From Hyphochytrium catenoides (taxonomy: Eukaryota > Protista > Hyphochytriomycota): a stretch of 64,000 nt of DNA. The stretch covers positions 99,654-163,653 of the forward strand of contig FLMG01002522.1 in assembly GCA_900088475.1 (NCBI GenBank), in the 5' to 3' direction. This document shows, one piece after another, positions 1 through 13,331 of this stretch; position 1 is the first letter of the stretch; every line of letters begins with the position of its first letter. Both the position numbers and the translations under genes were made by a program. The notes below the pieces were generated by a model. It did no database searches, was not told where the DNA came from, and saw only the letters and a program-made list of their open reading frames with translations.

Positions 1-251
1 AAAGGAGGAAAAAAGAGAGAGAGAAAGGTTGGTTGAAGATAAGAAGGAAATGGAGAAGAAGGAACACGAGGTAAAACAGGAAGACGAGACAGTCAGACAT
101 AAGATGGAAAAGCAGCAATAGGGGAAAGTGAGAGAGCATAGCGACGAGGTTGTAAACAGGAAGGAGGCAAGAGTGATGGAGATAGAGATCACCGGTTTAA
201 AAAAGAAAAGAGAGTTCTGCAAGCAACAAATGTTGCTCCTGGATAGACTAC

Positions 252-1433
252 CTTGAGCTCAAGATAGGTTCTATGTAGCACTTCTTTCTTCTTCATCTCT
301 CCGCTGCCTGGGGGCGGCTCCTGCACTCGCTCCACCGTGGACAGGATGAACCTAACATTCACAGGAAAAACTGTCGGAAGCCACTTTAAACTTCCTTCGG
401 GCGCATCTTCACTCTTAAGTCTGTTGACACCGTCAATGACGAAGATAAGCCGGTGAGAGGAGTACTTCTTCGCAGCACTTTCTATGAAGCGTGGGAGAGA
501 CCAGCGCAGTCTCTCTTCAGAGGCTGGGACCTCCATCTCTCTTAGGTTGAAAGCATCTTTGACTGACTCCTCTAGACTTCGAAGCATTCGCGTCAACTGT
601 GAGAGAGAGAGACATGTTACCAAGACAGAGATAGTTACGCTATTGGGCACCAACCCTTGAACGTAGTCAGAGATAGGTTACCTGGAAGCTCTCAGTAGAG
701 CACTCTACATAGTAGGCAAAGAGGAACTCATTCTTCTCCCTGATTTCTCTCCTCTGGTTGATCCAATTTGCAATGAGAGCGCTCTTGCCAGTGCCTTGAT
801 TGAGTAAGACAAAAGAACCATCAGGAAGGAAGTAGAAGTGGGCTATACCGGTAAAAAAGAGAGAAATGGCAGCAGGAGAAGAGTCCGGACTAAAGCAGAA
901 AGAGAGGCACCTCACTGGCGAGAGTTGCCCAAGTAAGACCACGAAGAAAGAACCAAAAAACGAGGCAGCAGAAAGGTGGCATGATGCACCTTTGTCTCCC
1001 AATATAACTAGCGGCAGCTTTGCTTCCAGTTCGGAAGTCTCACAATGACTGTCCAGAGTCTGGAAGAGCAGATCATTGTTCTGTACATAGACAAAGGACG
1101 TGGTCCGACTGCAGAGGACAAACAGTATATGAGGAGACTATACCCTGAATGACACTGCAAAACCCGCCCCAATCTCTCCATTTCACGACGTTCCACTTCC
1201 TGTCTGCACTCTCTCTCTCCTGTTACATTTCTCTCCCTTCTTTGTCCTTCCTCCATGTCTCCCCTCTCTCCTTTGTCCTACCACCTCGCCCTCTTTCTTC
1301 ACTAAGATGTCACTGATTGCTCCCTGCCGTTCTTTCTCTAACTTTAGCTAGGCATCACTTGGAAGTACCTCTCCGCGAATGCAACGTGCGCATCTCCCTC
1401 ACCATGCGCGGTTTGATGATGGGCAGATGTCAT
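252..1433 (-). CDS. NACHT/STAND-type P-loop ATPase, nephrocystin-3/TPR-NACHT-like; multi-exon, 3' end lies off the left edge
   Basis: Spliced exons (about 1433-1369, 1109-990, 794-682, 596-252) join in phase to give PLVILGDK-G-TGKSALIANW (Walker A split by an intron), LIFVIDGVNRL (Walker B) and LKWLPTVFPVNVRFILST, typical of NPHP3-like NACHT domains. The ATG at 1433 is tentative. Confidence 0.75.
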
Positions 1434-1877
1434 TTTGTTGGTCCTCGAGGTTTGGGTCCAAACTGGACTTAACAATGTGAGCTAAGAATACATCGTAAAC
1501 CCTCCGTGGTCCATAAGCACTGCAGGACCCGCCTCAGGCAAGTCGCCTTCTCCATGCAGGGTGAGCAAGAGTTTACAGAAGTAGACGAAGAGGAAGGAAG
1601 AAGAGGAACAGACCTCTTACAACCTTCCTACGATGATGCTAGCTTGGAAGAAAACTGGCAAGACTACACCAGGTTAGCGGACAGCCCAGAGAAGCAGGAC
1701 CGCACCGGCATGGTGAGATGAACGATGCGAAGAGACAGATGGATAAGGAAAATTGAAGCACGTCAATAGAAGAAGGCAGGTGCACGGGAAAGACACCTGT
1801 CTTCGCAAGCGAGGCGAGAAGAGGCACCACCCTGTACCAACCGTGGTGCTAGTCGCCAACCAAGAGCAGCCAGCCTA

Positions 1878-1914
1878 GGAGCTGCTGGTGGAGCTGCTGG
1901 TGGAGCTGCTGATG
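1878..1914. repeat. 12-bp tandem repeat (GGAGCTGCTGGT) x3
   Basis: Seen directly; one mismatch in the third copy. Confidence 0.85.
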
Positions 1915-2212
1915 GTAAGCTGACAGAAGAAGAAGTGGCGAAGAAGAGACTTGAACTTGGCTCCGGAGCTGTTTGTTGGAGCTCCGCCGCCGCCCGCCGG
2001 CGCTCCGGTCGGCCGGTGCTGTACGTTACACGGGCGGCGCGGCGCCACTGTTTGAGTATTAGCTTTTAGAAGCCCACAGTGTTGTACTGTTTTACCGTCC
2101 TTGCGCTGTAGACTGTCATTTGTAGTTGTAAGCAGACCGCCACGTCGTTTGGTTTCTGCACGATGGAGCTCGGGTTCAGAACTATATCATTGATTATTCA
2201 GGATCATGACCA

Positions 2213-2240
2213 TGATCAATGATCAATGATCAATGATCAA
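2213..2240. repeat. 7-bp tandem repeat (TGATCAA) x4
   Basis: Seen directly, in the divergent intergenic region; each unit contains the palindrome TGATCA. Confidence 0.9.
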
Positions 2241-2278
2241 CTTTACATGTGGCGAAGCTTGGTAGCTGAGCATCCGGG

Positions 2279-3975
2279 ATGTGGAGTTTCAGAAGCGCCA
2301 GAATTGAGAGCTTGTCATTATTTGGCCTTCTACTACCTTCTGAGACGATCAGTGCAGTGATCGAGTGGGGGAAAGTGCGGGTGGTCGCGGCACTGGATGG
2401 CGAAGGCGGAACAGCGGTAGTTCCGCAATGTGTACAGACGTGTCGTTGTCTTGAGAGAAGGATAGACGGGGGAGGACTTGCTAATGCTTTTGAGACGATG
2501 GAGGAGCTTTCCCATGAAGCACCAAACTCTCAATGCCGTCATGAGCTGCTTCTTCAGGAATGCCTCCATGTCCTAAAGAGGTAATTTTATCGACTGGCCT
2601 GACGGATGAGACATTAACTAAGGCTAGTTGGAGCTTGGTTGCTAGGGAGCGTGCTCTGACAGAGGTGCTAGTGTCCTGCTTCGGTTCCGCAGCAAGCAAA
2701 GAGGCACTGGATATAGAACTGCGGCAGCTTTTGTATGGAGGTGTCCAAAATGCAGACGGGGAACAAGCCACCCAAGGGTGGCGGCTCCAAGGCGACCTCA
2801 TGGTAGATACAACTTTTGCTCCTTGAACTCAACGGAAGAGTGCGTGCAAGGCGCCTAAACGAACACACTTCCGTAGAAGAAAGTAGATAAACAGCTTCAG
2901 CTCTTGCTTGATTCCATCCATGCCGAAGAATCTGTGAGGACTAGCGCAGAGGTGAGTTGCCTGTTCCATACTTCTCAAGCTTGTCAATATCTGAAGGCAG
3001 CCTGGCCACGTGCGTGTCACCTACTAGACAGGTTATCAAGATGGAGTCACAAATGCAGCTGCTTCAACAACAAGTTGCAGAGCAGAATCTTCTTCTGGAA
3101 GCTGAAAGGTGTAGAAGAAGAGCTCTTGAGAAAGAAAAAGAGACGCTGCAAAAGAGACTCGATGAATACCTCTTCATTTCTTCCATGGGGAATCCCGCAA
3201 AAGGTTGCGTTGCCGTACCTGGGGCCGGAACTTCAACGTTGGGCTTCGGACAGCCATCGGCCGTACCTAGGACCACGACAGTGATGTCTTCCGAACAGTC
3301 GGAACCGATAGACGACAGGTCACGCTCTCGCTCTCCAACATTGCCTGCAGCCCTAATGGCGCTCGCGAAAAGGATCGACATAGAGAGGAACAGGGCTAAG
3401 GACGCCGAGGCTGCGCTAAAAGTTCAGAATGAGAGGTAGGGCTATCTTCTATGCATATATTCTGCTACGGTGACTAGAATGTGCCCCTGAATCAGAATGC
3501 GGCTTTTAGAGGAAAACCTGAGAGGCCAAGGGGTCTCCATCCTTGGAACCCAAAGGGTAGGTTACATTTTGTTTTCAAAGCATGCTGCACTGCCTGCTGA
3601 GGTCCAAATCAATTTCTATGGTAGGAGCTAACGAGGGTAGAAAAGTTAGATGGGGCTAGAAAGTCCCAAGACTGCAACGAAGTGGGGTCTGGGCCGTCTT
3701 GTCCTTTGGATAGCGATAAAGTGGTAAAGGCCAGCGGCCGCTGGAACGATCAGGGCCTCCCTGTCAGAGGCATAAGACGGACAATATCCAGGCAGAGGCA
3801 CAGACCCGTGGCGGCTCACACAGAAAATCTAGAATGGAGGAGACACGGTGTCCAAGACAACACTACTAGCCTTTTAAGCTCTCCCAGTACTAGACATGGG
3901 CATCTATTTAACCACGAAGCAGCGGTAGAGGATGGAAAGCACTCTGATCAGCAACATGTTATTTATTACGGCTAA
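2279..3975 (+). CDS. Hypothetical multi-exon coiled-coil protein
   Basis: Phase-consistent GT-AG introns link ORF pieces. VIKMESQMQLLQQQVAEQNLLLEAERCRRRALEKEKETLQKRL and LAKRIDIERNRAKDAEAALKVQNERMRLLEENL have heptad character. Start is uncertain; no family recognised. Confidence 0.55.
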
Positions 3976-4203
3976 ACTAGACGGGCGGAATCCCAGACGG
4001 TTCACACATACAGTGTGGGCCCAGCCCAAATACTACGAATATCAAGATATAGGAACTAGAGTTTGCTCTAGCACCGCTCTCTCTCCCTTCGAAAGCCTGG
4101 CATAGGATGTCGTAGTCTTAGTCAACTATTAGCCAGCACAGGCGGTGTGACGCAAGATACGAGCTTAACGATGAGGTCTCGGTCTAGATAGAAAGGCAGA
4201 TAT

Positions 4204-5506
4204 TTATGGGCAAAAAGCGCCTCCTGGTTCAAGGGAGCCACCGGGTCGGGTAACATACCTGTAGAACTTGCGCACGAGGCCGGGCTCCACACAGAGCATC
4301 TTGTGGAACTCCTCAGTCCTGAAGTCTGCTAATTTGCTTGCCTTCTCTTCCCAAGGATTCCAGACAACAACGTCCGGGATCATGCGCCTGTTGGAACCTG
4401 TTGGCTTGACAAGCTGCGCGGACTTAAGGATCTTCACCAATCTGCCTTTCCCAGTGGCAACGACCAGCTTGACCCAAGGTGAGGGGTTTTATGGAGGAGG
4501 AGGAGGAAGGACGTTGCATGGGAATAACACAGCCAAGGTTAGGGTTCCAGGTCAGTGTCGGGCTATTGTAGGGACCGGCTGCAGCGGTCACATGTGAGAG
4601 GAGATACACGTACCGGATCACGCTGTGCGAGGTACATCGTGTCATGCTCCTTATTTATACGCAGTGTTGGGTCCTTGAACGTCAGCTCTCTACCTGATCC
4701 ACGCTCAGAGTATTTCGACCCACTTAGTCCTAGCACACGGGCCTCTGAGATATCTCCTTGCAAAGCTAAGTACGTGTGCAACAGGGTCTGGAACTCGAAT
4801 GGTCGGTCATCTTTGTTCTCGATGTCAATCGCTGTTACCAGCTCATCGTCTTTCACTTGTACGTGAAGCTGCACCTTGAAGGCATATGGCCTAAAAATAA
4901 TAAAAATGAGTGAGGATTGTCGCTAGCCGCAAGCTTTGACCTACCATAAGGCCCTCGTAGCCGGTGGTACGTCGGCATCCGTTAGTTCGAGGATTGCTTT
5001 AGGGCCCGCGGCGTCAGCGGTCAGTGTAACAGGTTTCCATGGTAAATTTCTGGCAAATCCGTGCTGGCCGGGTATAAAGCCAGGGCCAAAATGAGGGAAG
5101 ACCACGGGAATACCCCCACGGATAGCCTTCTTTTGATCAAAGATTGCCTTCTCAGACACAAACAGGATGTCAGTTCCGGTCTTGTCTTGGTATGACGTAC
5201 TGTGGAGATCGAGGATCGTCAACCGTGAGAAGCTTTTCCTATGCGATTAGAAAGGCTTAGCTAAAGCGCTTACGTTGTGGCACCGAAGAGGTAGACCTCG
5301 GCCGACGATCCATTAGCATGCCTCAAAAGAACTTTCTCCATCCCATTCTTCCCTTTCACGATCTGACACAAATGTCCATGCGACTCTTTGGAGCCCTCTG
5401 CATCAGCCCTTCCTCTGCCAAGCAGCAGACCAGCACCTAGCAGACCGGCCGCTGGTGCTGTCCAGGCGGCACCGAAGCGGAGGAGTCTTGCACGAGCAAA
5501 CACCAT
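4204..5506 (-). CDS. Glucose-6-phosphate 1-epimerase (D-hexose-6-phosphate mutarotase, aldose 1-epimerase superfamily) with N-terminal targeting leader
   Basis: Exons 5506-5274, 5199-4945, 4890-4614 and 4467-~4204. Motifs SAEVYLFGAT, AIRGGIPVVFPHFG, QHGFARN, LLHTYL, DVVVWNPW and MLCVEPG are present. The exact C-terminus is uncertain. Confidence 0.92.
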
Positions 5507-7894
5507 GGCACAGAAGTAAGGGTTGTGTTCTGAAAAAATGTCGCGCTAGTGGAAGGCACAGACTGACTTATTGCACGCATCGACCGCTCCTCTAGGACAG
5601 CAGGTACAAGTGGCTCAAAGTGGGAACAGTAGCGAAACGAGCGCCATGCGGCGTCACGGTTCATCCAAAGGGCACGGCAAAGGAAGCAGCTTGAACCAAA
5701 AGAGACAGAAGAGGAACTTGGAGATTATTCATCAGACGTGCATCTGATTGAAGTATCCGGTTAGCCGCTAACGGCTATGAGGTCGGCTCTTTCAGGTCAT
5801 CTTCAACTGCTCTCGTGGATCTCTATGAACAGGAGGGATAGGGAGGATGCAGCAGGGGTGCGATTGCTGCCTTGACTATTCGATGATGACTAAGACAGTG
5901 ACAGGCGTCGGGCACTCTTTGTATGCGACCGGTAAGAAGACGACAAGTACATGACATCGCGCTGATACAGGTACCACTGCCATCTCCGTGCTCCATTACT
6001 TTATTTGGAGGCTTGCATCTTGGTCTGATCCTAATCTCTGTTTCCATAGGTAGGAATTGCTAGAGGCCTTTGAGTGGTACAACTTAAAGAGTAATGTCAT
6101 TGCTACTTCCTTCGCATTCGTAGCTCCTCGTTCTCTTCCTTGCCAGGATGAGGCACCCTGTAGCGCATAATTGCCCATCTATCCCCATAGTACACTCCAC
6201 TCTCCAGAGCTTTGATAGTGCCGCTTATCATAGTATGTCATGTTTATTCACTCCTCCGTTTTGTAGCTTCTTGTCCTTCTCCTTGACACAATGGGACAAC
6301 GTCTAGAGCATCTGTCTCTCTTTTGTTGTTTCCATATCACAACCTCACTGCTTGGATGCAATTTCTTATCCGCTGCAATGATGGACTTCATATCTCACTT
6401 TATTTGTAAGGGCTTTGCAAGATGTCAGCATTATTGTTAGTTCTCTTCAACTGAACTGCTCAGTAGAACGAAAGTTATTAGAAGTATGCCATCATCCATC
6501 TCGGGGGCCCGAGGTCGTATTGATGTAACAGACATATGTCGCTACGCTATTGGGAATCAGGAAGGACAATACGTTCACCGAGCCGAAGCTCTCAAACAAG
6601 AGGTGTCAGAAGTAATGTCGTTCATCATATTTCCCATGCTGCGATGCTGCTGCAAGCATACTGTTTACGCGAATGTGAACACAGCATTCGCTTTCAAGCA
6701 CACACACTGAAAGGCGTGAAGAAACCGAGACGGGACCATCATATGTCAATGGTGGAATCAGGGACATGCAGCACCGCCACATGCCCTCATTGAAGGAATT
6801 CATCAATTGAATCATCGGTCCTGGATTGGGCATTTTGTTCCTCATCAACAGCCAATGTTTGTCCGCACTGACATTCAGACGGTAATTCCAATATATGACA
6901 ATCATCGGAACTCAGCCACGACCCAAATAGTTAGTAGATAGCAACTTGCTACCCGTTGCAATGCATCTTATACAGAAGCAGACACCAAAGGTCGCAGGTG
7001 GCATGGGAGAGACTCATCTGTTGCGGACGGCTCGTGAATCTGATCGCCCATACCACCGGGACAAACACATTACTCGCCCTCCTTGGATTTCCGGTATCAC
7101 CTGGCTTGCTTACGATAAAAGGGAAGTGAAGGATGCAGGATGCCAGGTTCAGAATGGCTTACTGAGCTTGCTAGCGTAGCCTTGCAGTGGAATGGGACAA
7201 AGCTCTCCAAGTTCTTCTCCGTCCTGCTCTGTTCTATGACTGGCTGGTATCCGGATGGAGCGCCGCTGCAGGCGGAGGTCATTGCGCATTTGCTGGTGGT
7301 GCGAGCTCTCAAGAGATTGTCCCGATCAATTGAATGGCCTGCAAGAGCTTTGGGATGCCTCAACAGCACATGATGGTTCTGAATATATGCATCTATATCC
7401 GTCTTATTTGTAATAAGGATAGAAGTCAAGTCGGTTCGAGATAAGTTTAGTTGGGTTTCAATTCGTAAGATTCTACGTTTTGAAAATGTTTGTTACAGGT
7501 ATTCAAGGAGGATGTCTGGAGGTGTTTGAGGAAGAACAGTGGGTGGAGGCCGACCTGCATTTTTTGATGTCATATGTTTATCATTGGGGGGGGTGGGCGT
7601 GGAGGCTGAGGGAGATACAAAGACACTCCCTTCAGAAAGTTCTTCTCCTCTCCCTTTCTATGGGCTATCAAAAAAGCATAACGGTTCTCGGTTCTGATCC
7701 ACGCCTCGAGGAAGAAGTAACAACCCTTGGCACGTCCGCCGCACCACGTAGATACTGACCGAAAGATATCTGAGAGAGCGCTTTGGCGTGTGCACTTGAG
7801 AGTCGAGGAGAGCTTTGTTATGTGCAGACTCCGAAGCGCCTAACTAACATCAAGGTTCTCAAGAAGGGATATTCAGCAGTGAAAGGAAAGGCGA

Positions 7895-9302
7895 ATGGAG
7901 GACATCTGGCTGAGAAAGTCTTCTTGCAGGAGGAAAACCGACATCTGGTCCTTTAGGTTGCCGGTGGATGACTGGAGAAAGCGTTCCAGCGCTATCACTC
8001 TCAATGAGGGCACGTGGCGATGCAAGGAGCTTCGCTGCAAGCGATGGTATGAGCGGAAGCTATTCGGTTTACCCAACTCAAGAACTAGAGGAGGGGGAGC
8101 AGAGTTGCCGACTTCCGAAGTCGTTCTCCACCGTCTCTACAAAGCCAGCAAACGCTCACGCCGTGAGGAGCCTGAAAAGCGCCTCTCCACCGAAAACCAG
8201 CCAGATGAAGAGCTGTTGCGGCACGTTTGGGGTCATTTTAGGCTGCTACCCGTGGACGTCGTTACAGACTGGCTGGCTGGATTCCTCCACTTTAAGGTGA
8301 ACTAGTTGCTTTGTTTACCTGCAGCGCTCTAGAAACTTAAAATCCATTACGCAGGACATTTTGTCTTTGGGCTGCCTGAACTCCTCCTGGAAGCAGCTTG
8401 CAGACGATCGCCAACTTTGGATAAGGTGGTTGGATTTTCGGGGCTTCACCAATCGGCTTCAAAATGAGAAGGGAAGTAGCGATGGAGCCAAGAGTTGCAC
8501 GGAGCGAGAAGAAGCCAAATGGGCGAAAAGCACGACATCCATCAAGCTCTCGTTTCTCCAAATGGAACGGGAAAGACTCAAGCTGCTAAAAGAATGCTTG
8601 GGCCCTCTGACAGAACGCCAGGCAACAGACATGAAAGGGTATGTGAGGGCTGCTGGAACCATTCGGTCGTATGCTGCTGCTGAAGACCTCAAACGAGCTC
8701 TCTCAGGAACTTTCACCATGGCAACTCTCGCTTCGCTTCATGCCCTACTAGACTTCTTCTTTCAAGGGCACCTTCTTACGAGCCAAAGCGCTGTCATTGA
8801 TATGATTGATTGCTTGGAGAGATTAAGCTACGAAGACGCGTTGTTCTGTGCTGTCGGATGGTGGCAGCTAGGTCATCGTACCCAACAGGGAGGAAGGACG
8901 CGAGACATCCGCTTTACAAGTCACGTTTCAATTGCTCAGCTGGCGGCATACCTGCTCCTGACATTCCACCAGACCTTCCTCGTGAGCGGTGCATCCACCT
9001 CGGCCTCTCAGGTAGAAGCCAAGTTCGCCGCACTACGCCCGGTCATGTCCGATCAGGTGGATGCAGTGTGTACCTGGAACATTTTAGAGGAATCCTTGAA
9101 GTCGCCAAAAGCAAGCGCAAGTGTATGGCTGTATGGCTGTACACGCTCTGGCACCGTTCACTATGGCCCGCAAGGGTCTGGCCGTGAGTCTCAGCATGCG
9201 GCTGCGCACCCCGGGCAAACCTTAAATCGAGGAGTGAATATGGACAACGACAACAGGTACAGAACCGCCTACTACTTCTCTGGAATGCGCTTGCTGGCCT
9301 AG
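7895..9302 (+). CDS. F-box domain protein
   Basis: Removing intron 8297-8354 (GTGAAC...GCAG) joins LLPVDVVTDWLAGFLHFK to DILSLGCLNSSWKQLADDRQLW, an F-box consensus. The C-terminal ~280 aa is unrecognised. Confidence 0.75.
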
Positions 9303-10844
9303 CTCGGCGTCACCGGGGAGGGCGCCATCTATGACCGATGTTGTATAAGACTTGTTCAAGCGGTCTTTAAGTAGTTCATGTTCACTTCCTTGGTCCCAAT
9401 CTATCAGTCTTCTAACTACCTCACATCCCTTGTCAAGCCCACCTTTCATGCGTCAAGTTCGTACATTAGAGATTGTCGTTGTAATTCCTTGGGGTAGAAT
9501 AAATAGTGCTTTCTTTAGAAGGTCCTCATAAGAGGTGGCGCTTGACTACTTTCCTTTGAGAAGGGCCTCTCTTCCCCCCCATGAACTCTGCAGCGCCATT
9601 ATCTTCTCATAGACATCGTTAAGAATGAGAAATCTGCCAGATAAAGTAGAGGGACGAACTCTGAGGAAAGTCCTCCTATTATTATGAAGTAGAAAAATGT
9701 CTAGTGGAGTTGTGGGCCGAAGCAGATACTGATAGTAAGGTAAACATGCTGAGGAGGAGAAGAGGGAAAAACAGTGAATCTCCATCATCGACTCTTTCTC
9801 CCGTAAGCCTGTTGACCCCTCTGTCTTCTCAACACTTCTGTATAAAATAAACTAGTTCCTAGCATTCTATTGTATTACTGCAGTGCTGAGGTGGCTGCTC
9901 GTTATCATCATCAATCATCATCTACAAGAAGATCTTTATAAAGATCATTTACATTCAGGACTGTGATAACCTTAGATAAGTAGGATTCAGAACATATGTC
10001 CCAGGTTCAAGAATATGTACGTTTCATCAAGTTTCTATCTGGAATCGACCTGACTGAAACAGATATGGTTGGTAAAACTTGGTTCTCTACATCAATACGC
10101 ACTACTATGAAAACTCAAGGCCAAGCTCAAAACTCACAGCTTCCGAGCCATCTGCAGACGCAATAAAGCTCCGATGACAGTGCTCTGACGCAAACAACCT
10201 CCTCAGGCTCAATTTCTCACTCTTCATTAGCCCTCTTCTTGACAGCTGTACTCCTAGACAGCCAAGAAGGGATATAAGCTGCCACACGGGGGAGTGACAT
10301 CTGCTGCCCATAGAACTGCCTGCGTTCAAACTCTGATTTCCACTAGTGGCGAGACAAGATGAGCGAGGCACCAGGTATTTTGATAACTCAGAAGGCTGAT
10401 TGACAGTACGATGAGTCTACTAACTGCTATGTAGAGTTTCAGGCAACTCGGGAACAGATGAATGCTATGGGGATAAACGTAGCTTTCAGGGACGTCTGTG
10501 TGGACCATCTGCTGAAGCTCAACGAATGCAGACGGAAGACTTTGTACCTTCCAACTGAATGTGTCGACTTTAGACACGAATATGAAATTTGTCAGTATCA
10601 CGAGTAAGAATGAGTTTTTGCGTCTACGACGGTTTATTCATGAGCTAAGCGACCATCACAGGCACAATAGGAGGAAAGAGATCAAAAAGGAAGGCGGGAG
10701 CGACTAGTGTTAGTCCTTGCTCCGCCATGACACCCGGCAATACGAGCCGAAAGCATTTATTCTACCCTTAACATCGCTCACGCCACCTGAACTAACAAGA
10801 ATTAGTGCGGGCGGTATAACTCTAATTGCCAAGTCTTTTATTAG

Positions 10845-12856
10845 CTATCTACATGTCGAACTTTTCGACGGGTCATCTTGGGCTCCTTCCCTGAGCATAG
10901 AAAGGTAGGTCTCGCGGCAAAAAGGTGGACTTGGAGGAATGGATTTGGCTGGTGTGAGGTAGCAAAGAAATAAATGAAGTAGGTGAAAGTATGCCACTGC
11001 AAAGCAAGCGACCAATCCACCGAAGGGGCCGACTCCGTAGTATCTATATGTCCCATCGAGCTGGATTAGCTCTCTGTCATTGGCTTTGGAGGAGGCTAGA
11101 CTGCACTTACCTCTGCAGGCGCTCAACCAGCGACCAATCCGGGGCCTCCTTGACGTAATAGTATACTCTCTCTGTTCGGCTTGCAACATCTCTCCAGTTG
11201 TACATCGAAGTGACTCTCCGATGAAACTCACTCTTGTCGACTCTCTTTGCTAAGGGAATGGCGTTGGCTACAGCGTCTGTATGGGAACGAGGACTGCTAA
11301 ACATTTTGATAGCTTAATAAGAGCTCACGGCCATGCTTACCGGCAATAGATTGAGGTGTAGTTTTGCAAAGAATGACCATATCAGGGGGCAAGACCTCTG
11401 GCACTCCGCCCACCCTGTGAATCAACCTGGCCGTTCAGTAACCTGAAGTAACCAACGGAGTTTTTTTTGTGAAGGATACCTTGTACTGACTACGAAGAGG
11501 CCACAGCTAGCTGCTTCAAGTATGGCAATGCAGAACGACTCGGTCAGAGAGCAGTTCAAGAAGATATCGCCTCGGACAAGAACGTCGCGAACCTTGGAGT
11601 GAGGAACTATGTGTTACAGCAGTTGAAGGTGCAGGTCATTAGCTCGCAGTCTTTCGGTAACAGACATAGAAAAAAATTCGAGACGCTACCCATAAGAAAG
11701 AGATAGATCCTAAACCATCTCATCTTACCTGCGCCCAGCATCTCAACCCTATCATGCAGTTGGTGCCTCTCGCACATCTCCTCCAGCAGCAGTCGTTTAT
11801 TGCCATCGCCACCGATAATGAAGCGGATACTAGGGTTACTTGCCGCTATTATTGGAATGGCCTGTCACAAGCTTCTTATACTCCTATCTGCCATAGATGA
11901 AAAATTGTGACTAACCTTTGCTATGAGATCCGTCCCTTTTCTATATACCAGCCGACTGATGATAACAATGTTGATAATGTTATCATGGCTATCTTGAGTG
12001 GGCCTTCCCGGTCGGAACTTGCTTGTGTCGACCGCATTCGGGATGACTGAGACTCTAATTGGGTCCAGACGAGCACGCAGACAAAGGTTCTCCCTACAGG
12101 TATGTGAGACAGCAATGGCGTGGTCGACTCCAGAGAGTGTATACTTCATCAGCTTGTTCAAGTGCACGCTGGCCGTATCTCCAAAGGAAAATAGGGAGTG
12201 ATCGGTATAAATAACCTATGATTATGATGATGCAGATAGGCCGGTGGTGAGAAGGTTTGGATACTTATGGACGGTTCTACCGAGGCAAGGTAGCGGCTGA
12301 CTGGAAAAGGAGGTGGGACGATGTTGCTGCGGTCTACCTTCAATCCCATAGTCTTTGCTTCAAGAAAGACCTCGTGAATCATAACTGACGTTGCCTGATC
12401 AAAGCTCCCCGTCAATAACTGATGCTCGTCCTTCGTTGAGGAATGTTACGGGACTAACCTGATGACCATGTACAATCTGGGCCCCTTCTCTGATTAGGAT
12501 TTTTCGAAATAGTGGAAACGTAAGGCCCACCAAGGTAGGAATGCTTACTCCGTCCACCATCTCTGTCAGAGGGAGATAATACACCTTCAACCCATTGGTC
12601 ATATAACGAATGCCTCTGCGATCATTGTACCCATGCGTGATAATGAACACCTTCAGGATTGAGAAAAAGTGGGAGTTACATTCAAGGGAGGTAGAGTGAC
12701 AACCAAACCGTTGGTCACCTTATGGCCACGACGCATGAGGCACTGACTCAAGGACCAGATGTGCATTTCTACTCCACCAAGACGGGGATAAAAGAAGTCG
12801 CATATCATGGCAATGCATAGCGACTGCCCCTGAGCCGCTTCTCCAACTAAAGTCAT
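10845..12856 (-). CDS. PIGA: Phosphatidylinositol N-acetylglucosaminyltransferase subunit A (PIG-A/GPI3)
   Basis: Motifs across about 9 exons: [115 protein letters not shown], plus a C-terminal TM segment. Confidence 0.96.
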
Positions 12857-13331
12857 GATGGGCGAGTCGGTCCCTTACGCTCAGGGAAGTAAAGTTGCTC
12901 GACTATAAGCTTGGCTTCAGTGGTCATCTTAGCCCCATCGCGGACAGTCCGGATCTTCCTTACACAGCGCGGCCCGCCTAGTTGGGCCATTGCCCGTACA
13001 ATAAACTGGTAAGAAAGTGAAGGCACTTTTTGGCAGATGCGCCGTGAACTGTCATGCCATACCAGCTAACGCGTGACCTCCAGCCTTCAAGGCGAAGACA
13101 GACATACAAAATTTGTGAAGATTCTTCTCGCTGTGATCTTACCCAAAGTTCTCTTCGTACTAACCTTGTCCCTTCTCCTAGGAACTAGGTCTCCACATGA
13201 GAGCTTCCGAGCTGCATTCTCATTATTCTATATTTGCATAGGTGTATCCAGCGATTAGAAACATTCAGTAAACGAGATTAGGAATTAGTGCGACCAAAGA
13301 AGTTGCTAACGGCAAGGCTTGTTTGAACGCC

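Noticed and set aside
2213-2240. Short tandem repeats as a CRISPR-like or telomeric array
   Set aside because: There are no spacers, only 4 units, and the unit is not a recognised telomere motif.
6364-6382. IIAADK peptide (minus strand) shared with the NPRL2 C-terminus near 39880
   Set aside because: Six-residue matches are expected by chance among six-frame translations of 64 kb, and the flanks do not align.
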